Origin: a virus
Virus record (IMG/VR): IMGVR_UViG_3300045988_166693
Span: 51,420 to 115,419 of that record
Reading direction: 5' to 3' (one strand)
DNA length: 64,000 bases
Notes under the pieces: model-generated
Databases searched by the model: none
Told to the model about the DNA's origin: nothing
What the model saw: only the letters and a program-made list of their open reading frames with translations
Position numbers and translations under genes: made by a program
Part shown: positions 28,142 through 37,581 of the stretch, one piece after another
Layout: every line of letters starts with the position of its first letter
Position numbering within the stretch: position 1 is the first letter of the stretch

Positions 28142-28566
28142 CCGAACTGAATACTGAAAATGTGGACCGAATTTTCGCCGACTGCATGTTCCGCAGCCAC
28201 GAAGAATACGAAGAATGTAAAGGGAAAAACCTCTATCTGTTTGTGAACTCCATTCAGAACCCTACAGTAAAAGTCGGATTCCATCCGGAACGCATCGAGG
28301 TGCACCGGCACGAGATCCGCGAAATGCTTTCACAACTGCCCGACGGATTCTTTCCCGGCACAGGCGATGGAGCCTCTTTCCTTCAGGCATGTTCTACCAA
28401 AGACGGGCAGTTATGGACCGGATTCCATACAGAGACGGAAAAGCTTTGTCTGCTGGGAATAGCTGCAAAAGAAATGATGATCCTTACTCCTGATCCGGCG
28501 ATATGGATTTCACTTCCGGGAGGTATGCCCTACTTCCGTGTAGAAAACAAAAAACAAACTGATTAA
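28138..28566 (+). CDS. hypothetical protein
   Basis: 142 aa with an ATGA overlap. Its GC is visibly higher than its neighbours. Confidence 0.5.
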   Translation: MTELNTENVDRIFADCMFRSHEEYEECKGKNLYLFVNSIQNPTVKVGFHPERIEVHRHEIREMLSQLPDGFFPGTGDGASFLQACSTKDGQLWTGFHTETEKLCLLGIAAKEMMILTPDPAIWISLPGGMPYFRVENKKQTD

Positions 28567-28576
28567 TTAATTTGGT

Positions 28577-28885
28577 ATGAAAAAGAACAATCTAAAATCC
28601 GGAGACAGACTGATTATGTCCGGCTATTTGTTTACAGCTTTATCTGTAATAATTATTTATTTTACTACTGACGACATTCGCCTGCTTATACTGGCTACAT
28701 TTGCCTCTCTTTCGGCATTGGCCGGAATGATCATCAATAGCCTGAGCCTGGTGATGAAAGTGCTTGTCGAAGTAGAAAAAGAAAAGCACAACACACTGAT
28801 AAACAATACAATGAAATTCATTTCAGGTACATACAATAACGAAAAGAAAGAAGAAGGAAGGAAAGACGACGAAAAAATTCATTAA
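28577..28885 (+). CDS. membrane protein (two helices)
   Basis: 102 aa with helices YLFTALSVIIIYFT and LILATFASLSALAGMIINSLSLV. Confidence 0.5.
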   Translation: MKKNNLKSGDRLIMSGYLFTALSVIIIYFTTDDIRLLILATFASLSALAGMIINSLSLVMKVLVEVEKEKHNTLINNTMKFISGTYNNEKKEEGRKDDEKIH

Positions 28886-28980
28886 TAAACTCTGAGAAAT
28901 TTATTAATAAACACTTTTCACGCCTATTAATAAACTCCAAAAAATTTATTCGATGCCACTGAAAAATTTATTAATAATTT
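28880..28980. repeat. cluster of palindromic ATTAATAA boxes
   Basis: ATTAATAA occurs at 28881, 28903, 28926 and 28970. Two copies extend to the perfect palindrome TTTATTAATAAA. Spacing is 22, 23 and 44 bp. Confidence 0.6.
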
Positions 28981-29087
28981 TTTTGGCAGAAAAGAACGCT
29001 TTTCTCCCCTCTCATTCACTGGAATAGAAGAAACGCATATAGTTTATGTAAATATTTTTCACATTAAATCTGCTATATATTTATGAA

Positions 29088-29124
29088 AAATCCCGGCTAG
29101 AAAGCGACCTTTCTGCCGGGATTT
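29088..29124. terminator. long hairpin terminator between convergent units
   Basis: AAATCCCGGC(t)AGAAAG-CGAC-CTTTCTGCCGGGATTT gives 16 paired positions, flanked by A and T runs. Confidence 0.6.
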
Positions 29125-29163
29125 CCAATAAACCAAAAACCTAAAGAAGAAGAAAAATGTATA

Positions 29164-30897
29164 TTATAGTGTAGATTCCGTTTCTTCTGTGCCGGTTGCG
29201 CTCCGGTCGAGTGTGGTAAATGTCTGCTGACGGATGACTATTTCTCCATGCTTGTCCCATTTGTTGAATGTATAGATGTTCTTCAGGAACCGCAGATAAA
29301 TGCGCTGCCGGGTAGAAAGCTGATTCTGCTTGAGCAACTGCAATTCGCGCATGTAAGTACCTCCGGTGCTTCCGCTTTTCCCCGGTGTGCTTCCAATTAA
29401 ACTAGGATGAACCCCTATGGCAAAGAAGATTATACTGGATATCTCCTCTAATTCATCTTTTAATTCAGTTGCATTTGTCAGCTGCGGTACATCCACAATC
29501 TCCACCGCATGTTGCATCGTCTTTCCGTCAGGACCTACGAAAGAGTCCAGACAGATCGTCTTACCGTTATTCTCGCGGCGCTGCAGAAACTCGTTTACCT
29601 TCTTGTAGATGCTGTCTCTTACTTCCTGCTTTTTCTCCGTCGTATCAGCTCCCAGTTCGTCGAACATCGCACGCAGATACTCGTTGTTGATGAAGATCAT
29701 CTTTCCCCACATGGTCGCATTCTGGCGGGCCATGGCTTTGTCGGTAATCAGGGTCGTAGCATAATCGTAAGTCATCGACGGAAAAATACTCCACCAGGCC
29801 GGCTGCGGGTAATAGGGTTTCAGCATCGAAGGGTAATAGCTTGGACAGCAGAACCAGGTAGTACGGTTCCTGGGTGATCTCTTCTTACTCTTATCCACCT
29901 GACGGCGCAGTTCCGTAAGCATGTTTTCCGGCATAAGCGTGGGATAGGCCACCACATCTTTTGCATTCAACTTGGGCGTGGCATCCTTGCGCCATTTCTC
30001 AGCATAATACACGTAGTTGATCCGCATCCGGTCGTCCATCTCCTCCATGCGGCAGCACACCGCCGGAATGTTTCCTAACTTGACGATCTTCGGGTCCCAC
30101 TCTTCGTCCTTCCGTCCGATGCTGAGACCGATGGTCGGGAAATAAATATCCATGTGCGCGTCGTCGGTCATGCACTTCAGGTAGTGAAGTTCCAGATTGT
30201 TGTTCTCGCAGAACTTGTCCCATTCCTTGTCAGTCTCTTCCCAGGTGCGGTAATCCTCCCGGAGCTGTTTCAGCTCGTATTCCGGTGTTCCAACCTGTGC
30301 GATATCTTTCTGCTCCTCTCCGGACACGGCCTGCGACCAGGTGATTGTGCCTCCCCCACCCTGCTCTTCGCCGCTTTCTGCTTTCTGCTGGTCAATCTGT
30401 GCCTGAACCTCCATGATGCGGTTACGGATCAGCAGTCCGGCATCCTTGAATGGAATCAGCTCAGTCTTTACCGTACTGTTTACATAGCGCGACCAGCGGT
30501 ACATAAGCTGCGGTCCGAGCCCTACGGTCAGGTCAATAATATATTTGATGGCGGTTGCCGTGTACGGCAGACTGCCTACCAGCTTGTAGATAGTGTTCGG
30601 AAGCATGTTCTCCGGTCCCCAGGGAATGTAACCCAGACCGGGTGTTCCGGCATTGCTGACCGGCACCGGATTCGACTGTTTGCTGTCGAAGATATTGAAC
30701 GTGCCCTGAATGGGCAATCCGCCGATGGCCCCTCCCCCTTTCAGCATTTCAGAAGAAGATACGGAAGGGATTTCCGATACACGGGCCATGCCGATGTACT
30801 CGAAGCCGCGTCCCATGAGCGAAGTAACCTTGCCGCGGAACTGCTTGATCTCCTGAACGGTTTTCTGCCGGTTTGTTTTTTTTGTGTTTGTCGTCAT
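29164..30897 (-). CDS. large late protein, possibly portal-like
   Basis: 577 aa, in a two-gene unit driven by the late-type promoter at 31181. The portal assignment rests only on size and context. Confidence 0.3.
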   Translation of the reverse strand: MTTNTKKTNRQKTVQEIKQFRGKVTSLMGRGFEYIGMARVSEIPSVSSSEMLKGGGAIGGLPIQGTFNIFDSKQSNPVPVSNAGTPGLGYIPWGPENMLPNTIYKLVGSLPYTATAIKYIIDLTVGLGPQLMYRWSRYVNSTVKTELIPFKDAGLLIRNRIMEVQAQIDQQKAESGEEQGGGGTITWSQAVSGEEQKDIAQVGTPEYELKQLREDYRTWEETDKEWDKFCENNNLELHYLKCMTDDAHMDIYFPTIGLSIGRKDEEWDPKIVKLGNIPAVCCRMEEMDDRMRINYVYYAEKWRKDATPKLNAKDVVAYPTLMPENMLTELRRQVDKSKKRSPRNRTTWFCCPSYYPSMLKPYYPQPAWWSIFPSMTYDYATTLITDKAMARQNATMWGKMIFINNEYLRAMFDELGADTTEKKQEVRDSIYKKVNEFLQRRENNGKTICLDSFVGPDGKTMQHAVEIVDVPQLTNATELKDELEEISSIIFFAIGVHPSLIGSTPGKSGSTGGTYMRELQLLKQNQLSTRQRIYLRFLKNIYTFNKWDKHGEIVIRQQTFTTLDRSATGTEETESTL

Positions 30898-30898
30898 A

Positions 30899-31162
30899 TC
30901 ACTTAACCAATATCTTTGTGTCGTTAATCTGCAGGATCAGTACGTCGTACACAATGCGGAAATCTCCGTTCAGTAGCACCAGCTTCCGGAAACCTTTCTC
31001 GCGGTTGTACGACACGGCCCGCTGCACGTTGTAACATTCGCTGATCGTCCCGTCCTTGCACACGAAACGTATGTCGAACGGTTTGTTTTTCCCGTCCGGA
31101 GTGCGGGCGTTCATCAGCTTGTACGCCTCAGTCCAGAGCAGTCGTTTGGTAGGTTTCTTCAT
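30899..31162 (-). CDS. hypothetical small protein
   Basis: Trimmed to ATG 31162 (MKKPTKRLLW), 18 nt downstream of the -7 box. Confidence 0.5.
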   Translation of the reverse strand: MKKPTKRLLWTEAYKLMNARTPDGKNKPFDIRFVCKDGTISECYNVQRAVSYNREKGFRKLVLLNGDFRIVYDVLILQINDTKILVK

Positions 31163-31180
31163 TTTCCTCTTGTTTTGACA

Positions 31181-31222
31181 CAAAGATAAATAAGGCAGAA
31201 CTGGGAATGAAGGACAAAAAAA
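31181..31222 (-). promoter_or_regulatory. late-type promoter copy
   Basis: In minus sense it reads TTTTTTTGTCCTTCA, 19 nt, then TATCTTTG. Confidence 0.55.
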
Positions 31223-31224
31223 TA

Positions 31225-31408
31225 CGCATCTCCCTTCACAGGGAAATGCGATCATGAAACTTTTCAAAAGAAAAAATACATCTGTTTAAGCTCACCGGCC
31301 TTCACAGGCAAATGAGCTCCGATTCAATATTTTATTATTGCCTTGACAAAGATACGAATAATTGTTCATCATGCAAAAAACCGCACCTCCTTTCACAGGA
31401 AAGTGCGG
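31225..31408 (-). terminator. three hairpins sharing the loop TTCACA (UGUGAA in minus sense)
   Basis: They lie at 31225..31250, 31290..31317 and 31381..31408. The stems differ and the loop is identical. The first and third are followed by a U tract in minus sense. Confidence 0.5.
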
Positions 31409-31486
31409 TTATAAAAAATAAAATACGATCATTTGAATCTGTATTCAAAGTATTGCAAAGATAAGTATGTCCTTTGACATTCCAAC

Positions 31487-31517
31487 AAAAAAAGCAGGAA
31501 GTGATGACTCTTCCTGC
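31487..31517 (-). terminator. intrinsic terminator after the par operon
   Basis: GCAGGAAG, an 8-nt loop, CTTCCTGC, then UUUUUUU in minus sense. Confidence 0.6.
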
Positions 31518-31612
31518 CTTTTGCCGTCAGAGCCACCGCTCTTAATCATTGAAATTCAATGCGAAGATACAAAAAAGTCGCAAACAGAAAATTTCTGCCT
31601 GCGACTTTTATG

Positions 31613-32137
31613 TTATTCATCCTCTGTCTTCCCGTTTATCCTGTCGAGCGCCTTGCTGATGATGTCCAGTCCCTCTCTGGTGGCTTTCCCGTTCGGGAAA
31701 AACTCTTCCTTGAACCTTTCAACCGCCACATACACAAAATCCTGTATGTCGATCTCGTATTCCAGCTTGATCCGACTGATATCTTTGTGCATCTTCTTGT
31801 CGAAGCGGAGTGCGATAAGCTTGTCACGTTTCACTGCCGTTTTTGCCCGGCGGCTGCGCTTCGCTTTCTCGTCCGATGGTTCCGGCGCGACGGCTTCTTC
31901 CCCAGACGCTGACTCTGCCTCTTCCGCCCTGCCCTCTTCGGGTTCTTTCGGCTCAGGAACAGGCGCAGCTTCCGTCTGTCCCGGTGGAACTCCGGTATCC
32001 GTATTTACCAGATTCTTGTCCTCTTCTTCCGGCGCATTTCCCGAAGGGGGAACGAACGCTGGCCGGATGTTCTGCTTCGCATCGTCAACAAACTGACCTA
32101 TATTGAGCAAAGCTTTCTTATTCTTTTTGTTGATCAT
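31613..32137 (-). CDS. small partition partner (ParG/omega-like RHH candidate) with a disordered Pro/Glu-rich middle
   Basis: 174 aa, immediately downstream of parA. The C-terminal KLIALRFDKKMHKDISRIKLEYEIDIQDFVYVAVERF looks like a strand-helix-helix. Confidence 0.4.
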   Translation of the reverse strand: MINKKNKKALLNIGQFVDDAKQNIRPAFVPPSGNAPEEEDKNLVNTDTGVPPGQTEAAPVPEPKEPEEGRAEEAESASGEEAVAPEPSDEKAKRSRRAKTAVKRDKLIALRFDKKMHKDISRIKLEYEIDIQDFVYVAVERFKEEFFPNGKATREGLDIISKALDRINGKTEDE

Positions 32138-32152
32138 ATACTACCCTCCTCT

Positions 32153-33046
32153 TTAAATCACCGGTTTCTCTTCCGGATCGGTTTCTGTTGCTTCCTCTTC
32201 ATCTTCCTGAACACCGTTTGCCGATATCCATGCGTCCAGCGCTATGCTTTGCCAGTTGGACGGACGGGTGCATCCGGTTATTTCCTCGGCCAGCGACATG
32301 TAGTCCTCTGCCCCATTCGACTCGGGCGCGTGCTCAAAAATTCCTTTGTACTGAAGCGGAGTCTCGTCAAACTTCACATTCTTGCGGATCTTTGTTTTGA
32401 AAACCTTGTCGCCATATCTGCTGTCGAAGAACTCGCTTACTGCACGCGAAATTCGGGTCTGTTTGTCATACTTGATGATCAGGAAACCCAGGATATCAAG
32501 TCTGGGATTTACATTTTCCTTGATCTCGCTGATCCCGAAAAGAAGATCCTGCATACCCTGAAGGGAGAACCCGGAACATTCTGCCGGTATCAGCACATAA
32601 TCGGATGCAGACATGTTGTTGTTGTTCATCAGACCTTCTTTCGGACTGCAGTCAATCAGCACATAGTCGAACATGTATGTTCCGTCCTGCTGTGGCTGCA
32701 GGTAAGGTTTCAGTTTCTTGTTATAAAGGAACATTTCCCGGTTTACTTTTCCGTTCAGATATGACTCTATATCGCGGAGCCCTTTGGAAGAAGGTACATA
32801 GAACAGGCCGGGATACTGCTCGTAAATCGGCATGGGCATATCGTCCGTGCGCAACCATTCATTGAGCGTGGCGTCACCTTCACTCTGATTAAATCCAAGC
32901 ATTCCGCTGAGATTACACTGCGCATCCGTATCAATCAGCAGCACACGTTTTCCAAGCGCCCAAAGCGCTACACCCAGATTGTAAGTAGTGGTAGTCTTTG
33001 CTACTCCACCCTTGAAATTAAGAATAGAAATTACTTTTGTCATCAT
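32153..33046 (-). CDS. parA: ParA/Soj-family partition ATPase
   Basis: ISILNFKGGVAKTTTTYNLG is the deviant Walker A, followed by LLIDTDAQCN. Confidence 0.85.
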   Translation of the reverse strand: MMTKVISILNFKGGVAKTTTTYNLGVALWALGKRVLLIDTDAQCNLSGMLGFNQSEGDATLNEWLRTDDMPMPIYEQYPGLFYVPSSKGLRDIESYLNGKVNREMFLYNKKLKPYLQPQQDGTYMFDYVLIDCSPKEGLMNNNNMSASDYVLIPAECSGFSLQGMQDLLFGISEIKENVNPRLDILGFLIIKYDKQTRISRAVSEFFDSRYGDKVFKTKIRKNVKFDETPLQYKGIFEHAPESNGAEDYMSLAEEITGCTRPSNWQSIALDAWISANGVQEDEEEATETDPEEKPVI

Positions 33047-33059
33047 TAATAGGATTTGA

Positions 33060-33720
33060 ATTTCAACACCACAAAAGTAATGATAATCTTTGAAATATCA
33101 AAGCTATATAGATAAATAAATATATAGCTATACAAATATTCAGTTATTCCGATAACCATATATTCAGCTATACAGATAGTCAGCTATACAACTATACAAA
33201 TAGCAAAATATATACATAACCGGCTATGCAACAATATAGTTATACAGATATAAGCCTTCCAAAAACCAACGGGATATATGGCTATACAGATAGGCAGTTA
33301 TCCGACTATCTGTATATATAAATATTTAGCTATACAGTTATATGGCTATACATATATTTAATTATATAGCTATTTATATATCTACCTATCAGGTTATCCT
33401 TATTCCTGCATATCCAGCTATTCAGATATACATATAGCTGGATATATAGATAGTTGTATATGCAGATATACATGTAGCTGAATATATGACTAGCTAAATA
33501 TATAAATAGCTGAATATATGAATATATAAATAGCCGGATATCGGACTAGCCGTATATCTGTATATATACCTGTCTGTATAACCGGACATGCGAAATAAAT
33601 AACCGGATATGTGTAAAGCCATATATCCGGTTATATACAAAGCTATATATCCATATATTTAAATAGCCATATAGCTGGTTATGTAAATATATGGATATAT
33701 GTATTTATGGTTTAGGTATT
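33060..33720. repeat. 660-bp AT-rich field of short degenerate repeats (candidate centromere)
   Basis: There are at least 10 copies of RGCTATACA in the left half and at least 6 copies of TAGCYGRATAT in the right half. There is no ORF. It lies directly upstream of parA. Confidence 0.6.
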
Positions 33721-34596
33721 TCACATCTCGATTTCCTTAACCGGCATCCAGTCGTCAGGATCAGCAAAACTTATCCCGGTGTTGCCGCTAAACAGCCGGC
33801 ATGAAGCGTTGGTACACCGGTTGCGGAGTAGGGGAACGGATGGCGCTTCGGCCGAATAAAGCACGTCACCGTCCGCAGACAGGGCCTCGATGCGGATCGG
33901 CGACTGGAACTCTTCGTCCGGGGTAGGGGTGAAGCTGTACATCGAGAAGGAAAGTCCGGTCCGGCCTGTATATTCACTTCCGGTCTTCCAGGAAAGGGAG
34001 TAGGCTGATCCGGAAGATCCGGCTGCGTTTCCCGTCTGAAGGTCCAGCTTCCGGTAGTGGTCGTCGACCGTAAGACGGATGGAGTCAACGCCTTGCGGCA
34101 TTGCGTCGCGCAGAGTCACTTTCACCATGGTGACGACCCGCTCCATAGGAACCGTCTGCTGGTCCTGCAGGTTTTCGTCCGCTTCCAGCGGAAAATCCGT
34201 CCAGAAAGTTTCCGTCACCTTTGACGGATAAAAAGTCCGGTCTTCCGACTGCTGAAGGCTGGTGCTGCTGTGGGCGAGGAAATAAAGATGGTGCGATCCG
34301 TATTTGAGCGTCATGCTGATGGGAGAGGGGAGTGTCAGTGTGTCCGACTGCAGGCAGTCGCCGCCCAGATAGTCCCAGTAGGAGAGGGTAGTGGCCAGAT
34401 CGGACAGCGACTCGGCGCGCGACGGCTGCCAGGAAGCAATGTCTCCCTGTGAAATTTCCATGAACGAAGGCACAAAAGATACCCTGCACGTCTGATCACT
34501 CATTTCGGGATCGTCCGGTTCGCCAACAATGTTTTCCTGACTGCATGCTGCCAGAAGTAGTGCGGCCGCCATGCAAATGCTTTTTGATAAATCCAT
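33721..34596 (-). CDS. lipoprotein (moron-like)
   Basis: Trimmed to ATG 34596. MDLSKSICMAAALLLAACSQ is a signal peptide with a lipobox Cys. The track N-terminus runs through the iterons. Confidence 0.6.
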   Translation of the reverse strand: MDLSKSICMAAALLLAACSQENIVGEPDDPEMSDQTCRVSFVPSFMEISQGDIASWQPSRAESLSDLATTLSYWDYLGGDCLQSDTLTLPSPISMTLKYGSHHLYFLAHSSTSLQQSEDRTFYPSKVTETFWTDFPLEADENLQDQQTVPMERVVTMVKVTLRDAMPQGVDSIRLTVDDHYRKLDLQTGNAAGSSGSAYSLSWKTGSEYTGRTGLSFSMYSFTPTPDEEFQSPIRIEALSADGDVLYSAEAPSVPLLRNRCTNASCRLFSGNTGISFADPDDWMPVKEIEM

Positions 34597-34674
34597 ACTG
34601 CTAAGTTTAAAAGTTCTGTCAATAGAACGCGGAAAGTGAATTTTGTCTCCCTTTTCAGGAAATATTTTTAGAGG

Positions 34675-35114
34675 AGTTCGGAATCTTTGCACCTTCGTAT
34701 AGTTCGGAATCTTTGCACCTTTTGACGAAAACATTGAACGATATGACGGAAACTTTACCCGTTAACACGGAATCTTTGCACAAAGTTGTTTATAAAATGC
34801 TTATATTCAATCGGTTGCTCATTCTATATAATCATCTATATAATATACTGTAAAGAAACGATAGTTTCTTAAATAAAGGGCAAAAAGAAGAAATACGTCG
34901 GTCTGCTTTTATAAAGAATATAATGATATAAGATATATAGGCAAGAGTAATGTTTTATAAAACAGATACTTACATTAATAAAGGTGAAAAGTTTCCGTCA
35001 GATTGGGTAAAGTTTCCGTCAATCGGGGAAAACTTTCCGTGTATTGGGGTAAAGTTTCCGTCAATCGGGGGAAACTTTCCGAACATAAAAGAGAAAAGGT
35101 GCAAAGTTTCCGAA
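34675..35114. repeat. iteron-type replication origin
   Basis: A 21-bp perfect direct repeat AGTTCGGAATCTTTGCACCTT occurs at 34675 and 34701, with a partial copy at 34768. An AT-rich block of about 200 bp follows. Then come six copies of AAAsTTTCCG at 34988, 35009, 35029, 35050, 35071 and 35102 with 20-21-bp spacing. The last copy, GGTGCAAAGTTTCCGAAC, is the inverse of the left repeat. Confidence 0.7.
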
Positions 35115-35211
35115 CTATTTTGCTTTGTGATTTTCCTATAATGGAAAATATTAGCGTTTTATTTTCCGTTTTTGGAAAATATATCTATATTTGTGCCAAA
35201 TAACCAGACCT

Positions 35212-35466
35212 ATGAAGATTTACTTAGAAGAAAGATTAAAAGAGTCAGGTATAAGCAAGGATGAACTGGCAAAGAGACTGGGGATTTCCAATTCAAGTCT
35301 GACAAAGAAATTAAACGGTCCGTCACGGACTAACCTGCAATTCCTTGAAAGCGTGGCCGATGCGTTGGGGATATCTGTCTTTTCGCTGATTGAGGATGAA
35401 AAATGCGTGAAGGTAGGTACATTCCAGGCTGACGGAAACACTTACGAAATACGGAAAATAAACTGA
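35212..35466 (+). CDS. XRE-family HTH regulator
   Basis: Trimmed to ATG 35212. The HTH reads SGISKDELAKRLGISNSSLTKKLNG. Confidence 0.65.
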   Translation: MKIYLEERLKESGISKDELAKRLGISNSSLTKKLNGPSRTNLQFLESVADALGISVFSLIEDEKCVKVGTFQADGNTYEIRKIN

Positions 35467-35472
35467 TAGCCT

Positions 35473-36936
35473 ATGCGACGAAAGAAAAGTACACCTGAGT
35501 CGAGCAATTCACTGATAAAGGAACTCAGCTCTGTTGAGTTTATCAAACAGCCATACCTGTATGCGATGGTGGGTGCCGATTTCTCGCTTTACCAGCGAAG
35601 CATTATGATTGAAATCGTGAAGTCGATGCAGGATCGGATCAATGAATTTCTGAAGAACAAGCGGGCCGACGGGCAAATGTCTCTTTTCCCAAAAGATCTG
35701 AGCGACGACCAGATTGTTACGTTCAGAATCAGCGCTTCCTCCATTGGAGTCAGTCCACGTGATTATGTTTATCTGGACGAAGCCTGTAAAAATCTGATGG
35801 AAATGAATATTTCCTATTACGATTATGACCAGATGGGGAGAAAAATGCGTACATACGCTCACTTGTTTTCAACGATTAAAATGCCCGTGACTCCGGTTTC
35901 CGGATCGAAAGAGAAGGAAAAACGGATGAACTATGTGGAAGCCCGTATGGATGCAAAAATCCTGAAATACCTTTGCGACCTCGGGAATGGGAAAGGATAT
36001 CTGGATCATATCTATCGGATTGCACGTATCTGCAAGCGTAAACGTACACCGAGTATCTACATCTATCTTTCCCGCTGGAAAGACTTTCCGAAGAAAACGG
36101 TGGAATATGTCGAACTGAAGAAGTTTCTGGGTGTGATCACCCTGGAAGAAGAAAAGGTGAACGGGAAAATGGTCAAGACAGAAAAAGACAAATATCCGAA
36201 GTTCAGTAAATTCTGCAAGGAAGTGATGGACCCGATACGGGAGGATCTTGACCGGATGGCCAGCGAAAATCTGGTAGACTTTACCTTTGATTATGAACCT
36301 GTGTACAAAGGTGCAACCAAACGGGGTAACCCGGATGAAATACTTTTCAACATCAAGCTGAGCGAGCTGGGGGAGGAGATGTCGCGGAAACGAAGGCAGC
36401 AAAAGCTACCTGCCGACATCTGGGATCTGCTGCGGTCGGAATACAAGCTGACGGAAACCGATGTGCGTATGCTCACCGACATGCTTCCTGATGAACTTAT
36501 GAATGAGTTCCGGTCCGAAGTGTTGGCCCTGCGTGACCGAATGAACCGGTATAAGGTAAACAATCCGAAAAGCTATGTGGTAACATCACTCAAGAATTTT
36601 ATTATCCAGCATACACCGGAAGCGAAAGAAGCCAAAGAGGATGAAAGGGTAGGGGAGAAGAAGGAGACACCTCATACCAAACCCATCAGCGAAGAAGACA
36701 AGAACAGATGGCAGGCATTTATGGAACTGCTTCAGGGAAGCGTTTCGGTCAATGAGTTTAAGACATGGTTGTCGTCGCTTGAATTTGTGTCTCTCAAAGG
36801 GGATGAAGTCACGGTTTCTGTCCCGGCGGCTTATGTAGCCACCTATATTGACGAAAAGCTGAATATCCCGTTTATACAGGCTCTCAATGCCGTGTATGGT
36901 GAAAACGTGAAACTTCTTTATGAAGTAAGAAAATGA
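35473..36936 (+). CDS. plasmid-type replication initiator with DnaA-domain-I-like C-terminus
   Basis: 487 aa next to the iterons. The N-terminal QPYLYAMVGADFSLYQRSIMIEIV is initiator-like. The C-terminal WQAFMELLQGSVSVNEFKTWLSSLEFVSLKGDEVTVSVPAAYVATYIDEKL parallels the DnaA N-terminal domain pattern. Confidence 0.55.
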   Translation: MRRKKSTPESSNSLIKELSSVEFIKQPYLYAMVGADFSLYQRSIMIEIVKSMQDRINEFLKNKRADGQMSLFPKDLSDDQIVTFRISASSIGVSPRDYVYLDEACKNLMEMNISYYDYDQMGRKMRTYAHLFSTIKMPVTPVSGSKEKEKRMNYVEARMDAKILKYLCDLGNGKGYLDHIYRIARICKRKRTPSIYIYLSRWKDFPKKTVEYVELKKFLGVITLEEEKVNGKMVKTEKDKYPKFSKFCKEVMDPIREDLDRMASENLVDFTFDYEPVYKGATKRGNPDEILFNIKLSELGEEMSRKRRQQKLPADIWDLLRSEYKLTETDVRMLTDMLPDELMNEFRSEVLALRDRMNRYKVNNPKSYVVTSLKNFIIQHTPEAKEAKEDERVGEKKETPHTKPISEEDKNRWQAFMELLQGSVSVNEFKTWLSSLEFVSLKGDEVTVSVPAAYVATYIDEKLNIPFIQALNAVYGENVKLLYEVRK

Positions 36937-36941
36937 AGAAG

Positions 36942-36974
36942 AAATCCCGGAACGGAAGCGCCGTCCCGGGATTT
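36942..36974. terminator. hairpin terminator between convergent rep and late genes
   Basis: AAATCCCGGAACGG-AAGCG-CCGTCCCGGGATTT has 13 of 14 positions paired and is followed by a U-rich tract. Confidence 0.6.
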
Positions 36975-36977
36975 ATT

Positions 36978-37481
36978 TCATTCCACATAGTCCTGCGGAT
37001 CTATACAGAGATTTACCTGCTGTACATCGGTCAGTTCGACGAAGACCGCATACCAGTTGTTCAGGAAAGGTCCGTAGGTTGAATAGTGAAGCTCCTCCGT
37101 TTCAAGGTTTATGTTCCGGAAAATCTTTCGTTTCTCCTGCTGATCGCGAAGCCAGGCCAGGAACTTATGCATGTGCATCTTTGCTTCCTGAATAGCTTCG
37201 TATGACTGCTGCTTGTCCGTCGGCTTCATATTATTCGTTTTAACGAGGAAATAAACCACGTGTACAGGTTTATCCAGACCGCCTCTGATCGTCCCGTCCT
37301 GGGCAAATTCGTAGCCCACACAAGGCGATTTCACATCGGGCAGCTTGCTCATGAACGAGGGAATAGCTACAATGTTGTCGAAAAGGAAAAACCGTTTGTT
37401 CTTTCCGGTTTCTCCGGGCGTATGAAGCATGGGCTTGTACTTCGTGGCCCATTCTTCGATGATTTCTTTTAATTCTGTCAT
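36978..37481 (-). CDS. hypothetical (virion-module-like) protein
   Basis: 167 aa with high-GC core composition. Confidence 0.5.
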   Translation of the reverse strand: MTELKEIIEEWATKYKPMLHTPGETGKNKRFFLFDNIVAIPSFMSKLPDVKSPCVGYEFAQDGTIRGGLDKPVHVVYFLVKTNNMKPTDKQQSYEAIQEAKMHMHKFLAWLRDQQEKRKIFRNINLETEELHYSTYGPFLNNWYAVFVELTDVQQVNLCIDPQDYVE

Positions 37482-37581
37482 GGGGTTCTTTTTAGTTTGA
37501 TTAATGTAAATCTCTTTATACCAGGTGCCACATCTTCAAAAAACATGGAGTAGGGGCGTGCATACACTTTGTTTACCCATA

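Noticed and set aside
30154-32106. Plus-strand ORFs 30154..30906, 31467..32096, 31559..31912 and 31843..32106
   Set aside because: They are antisense to the large late gene and the par partner, with Ser/Pro/Arg-rich shadow translations.
33060-33720. Repeat field as a CRISPR array or as coding sequence
   Set aside because: The repeats are about 10 nt, degenerate, in both orientations and without spacers. All frames are closed.
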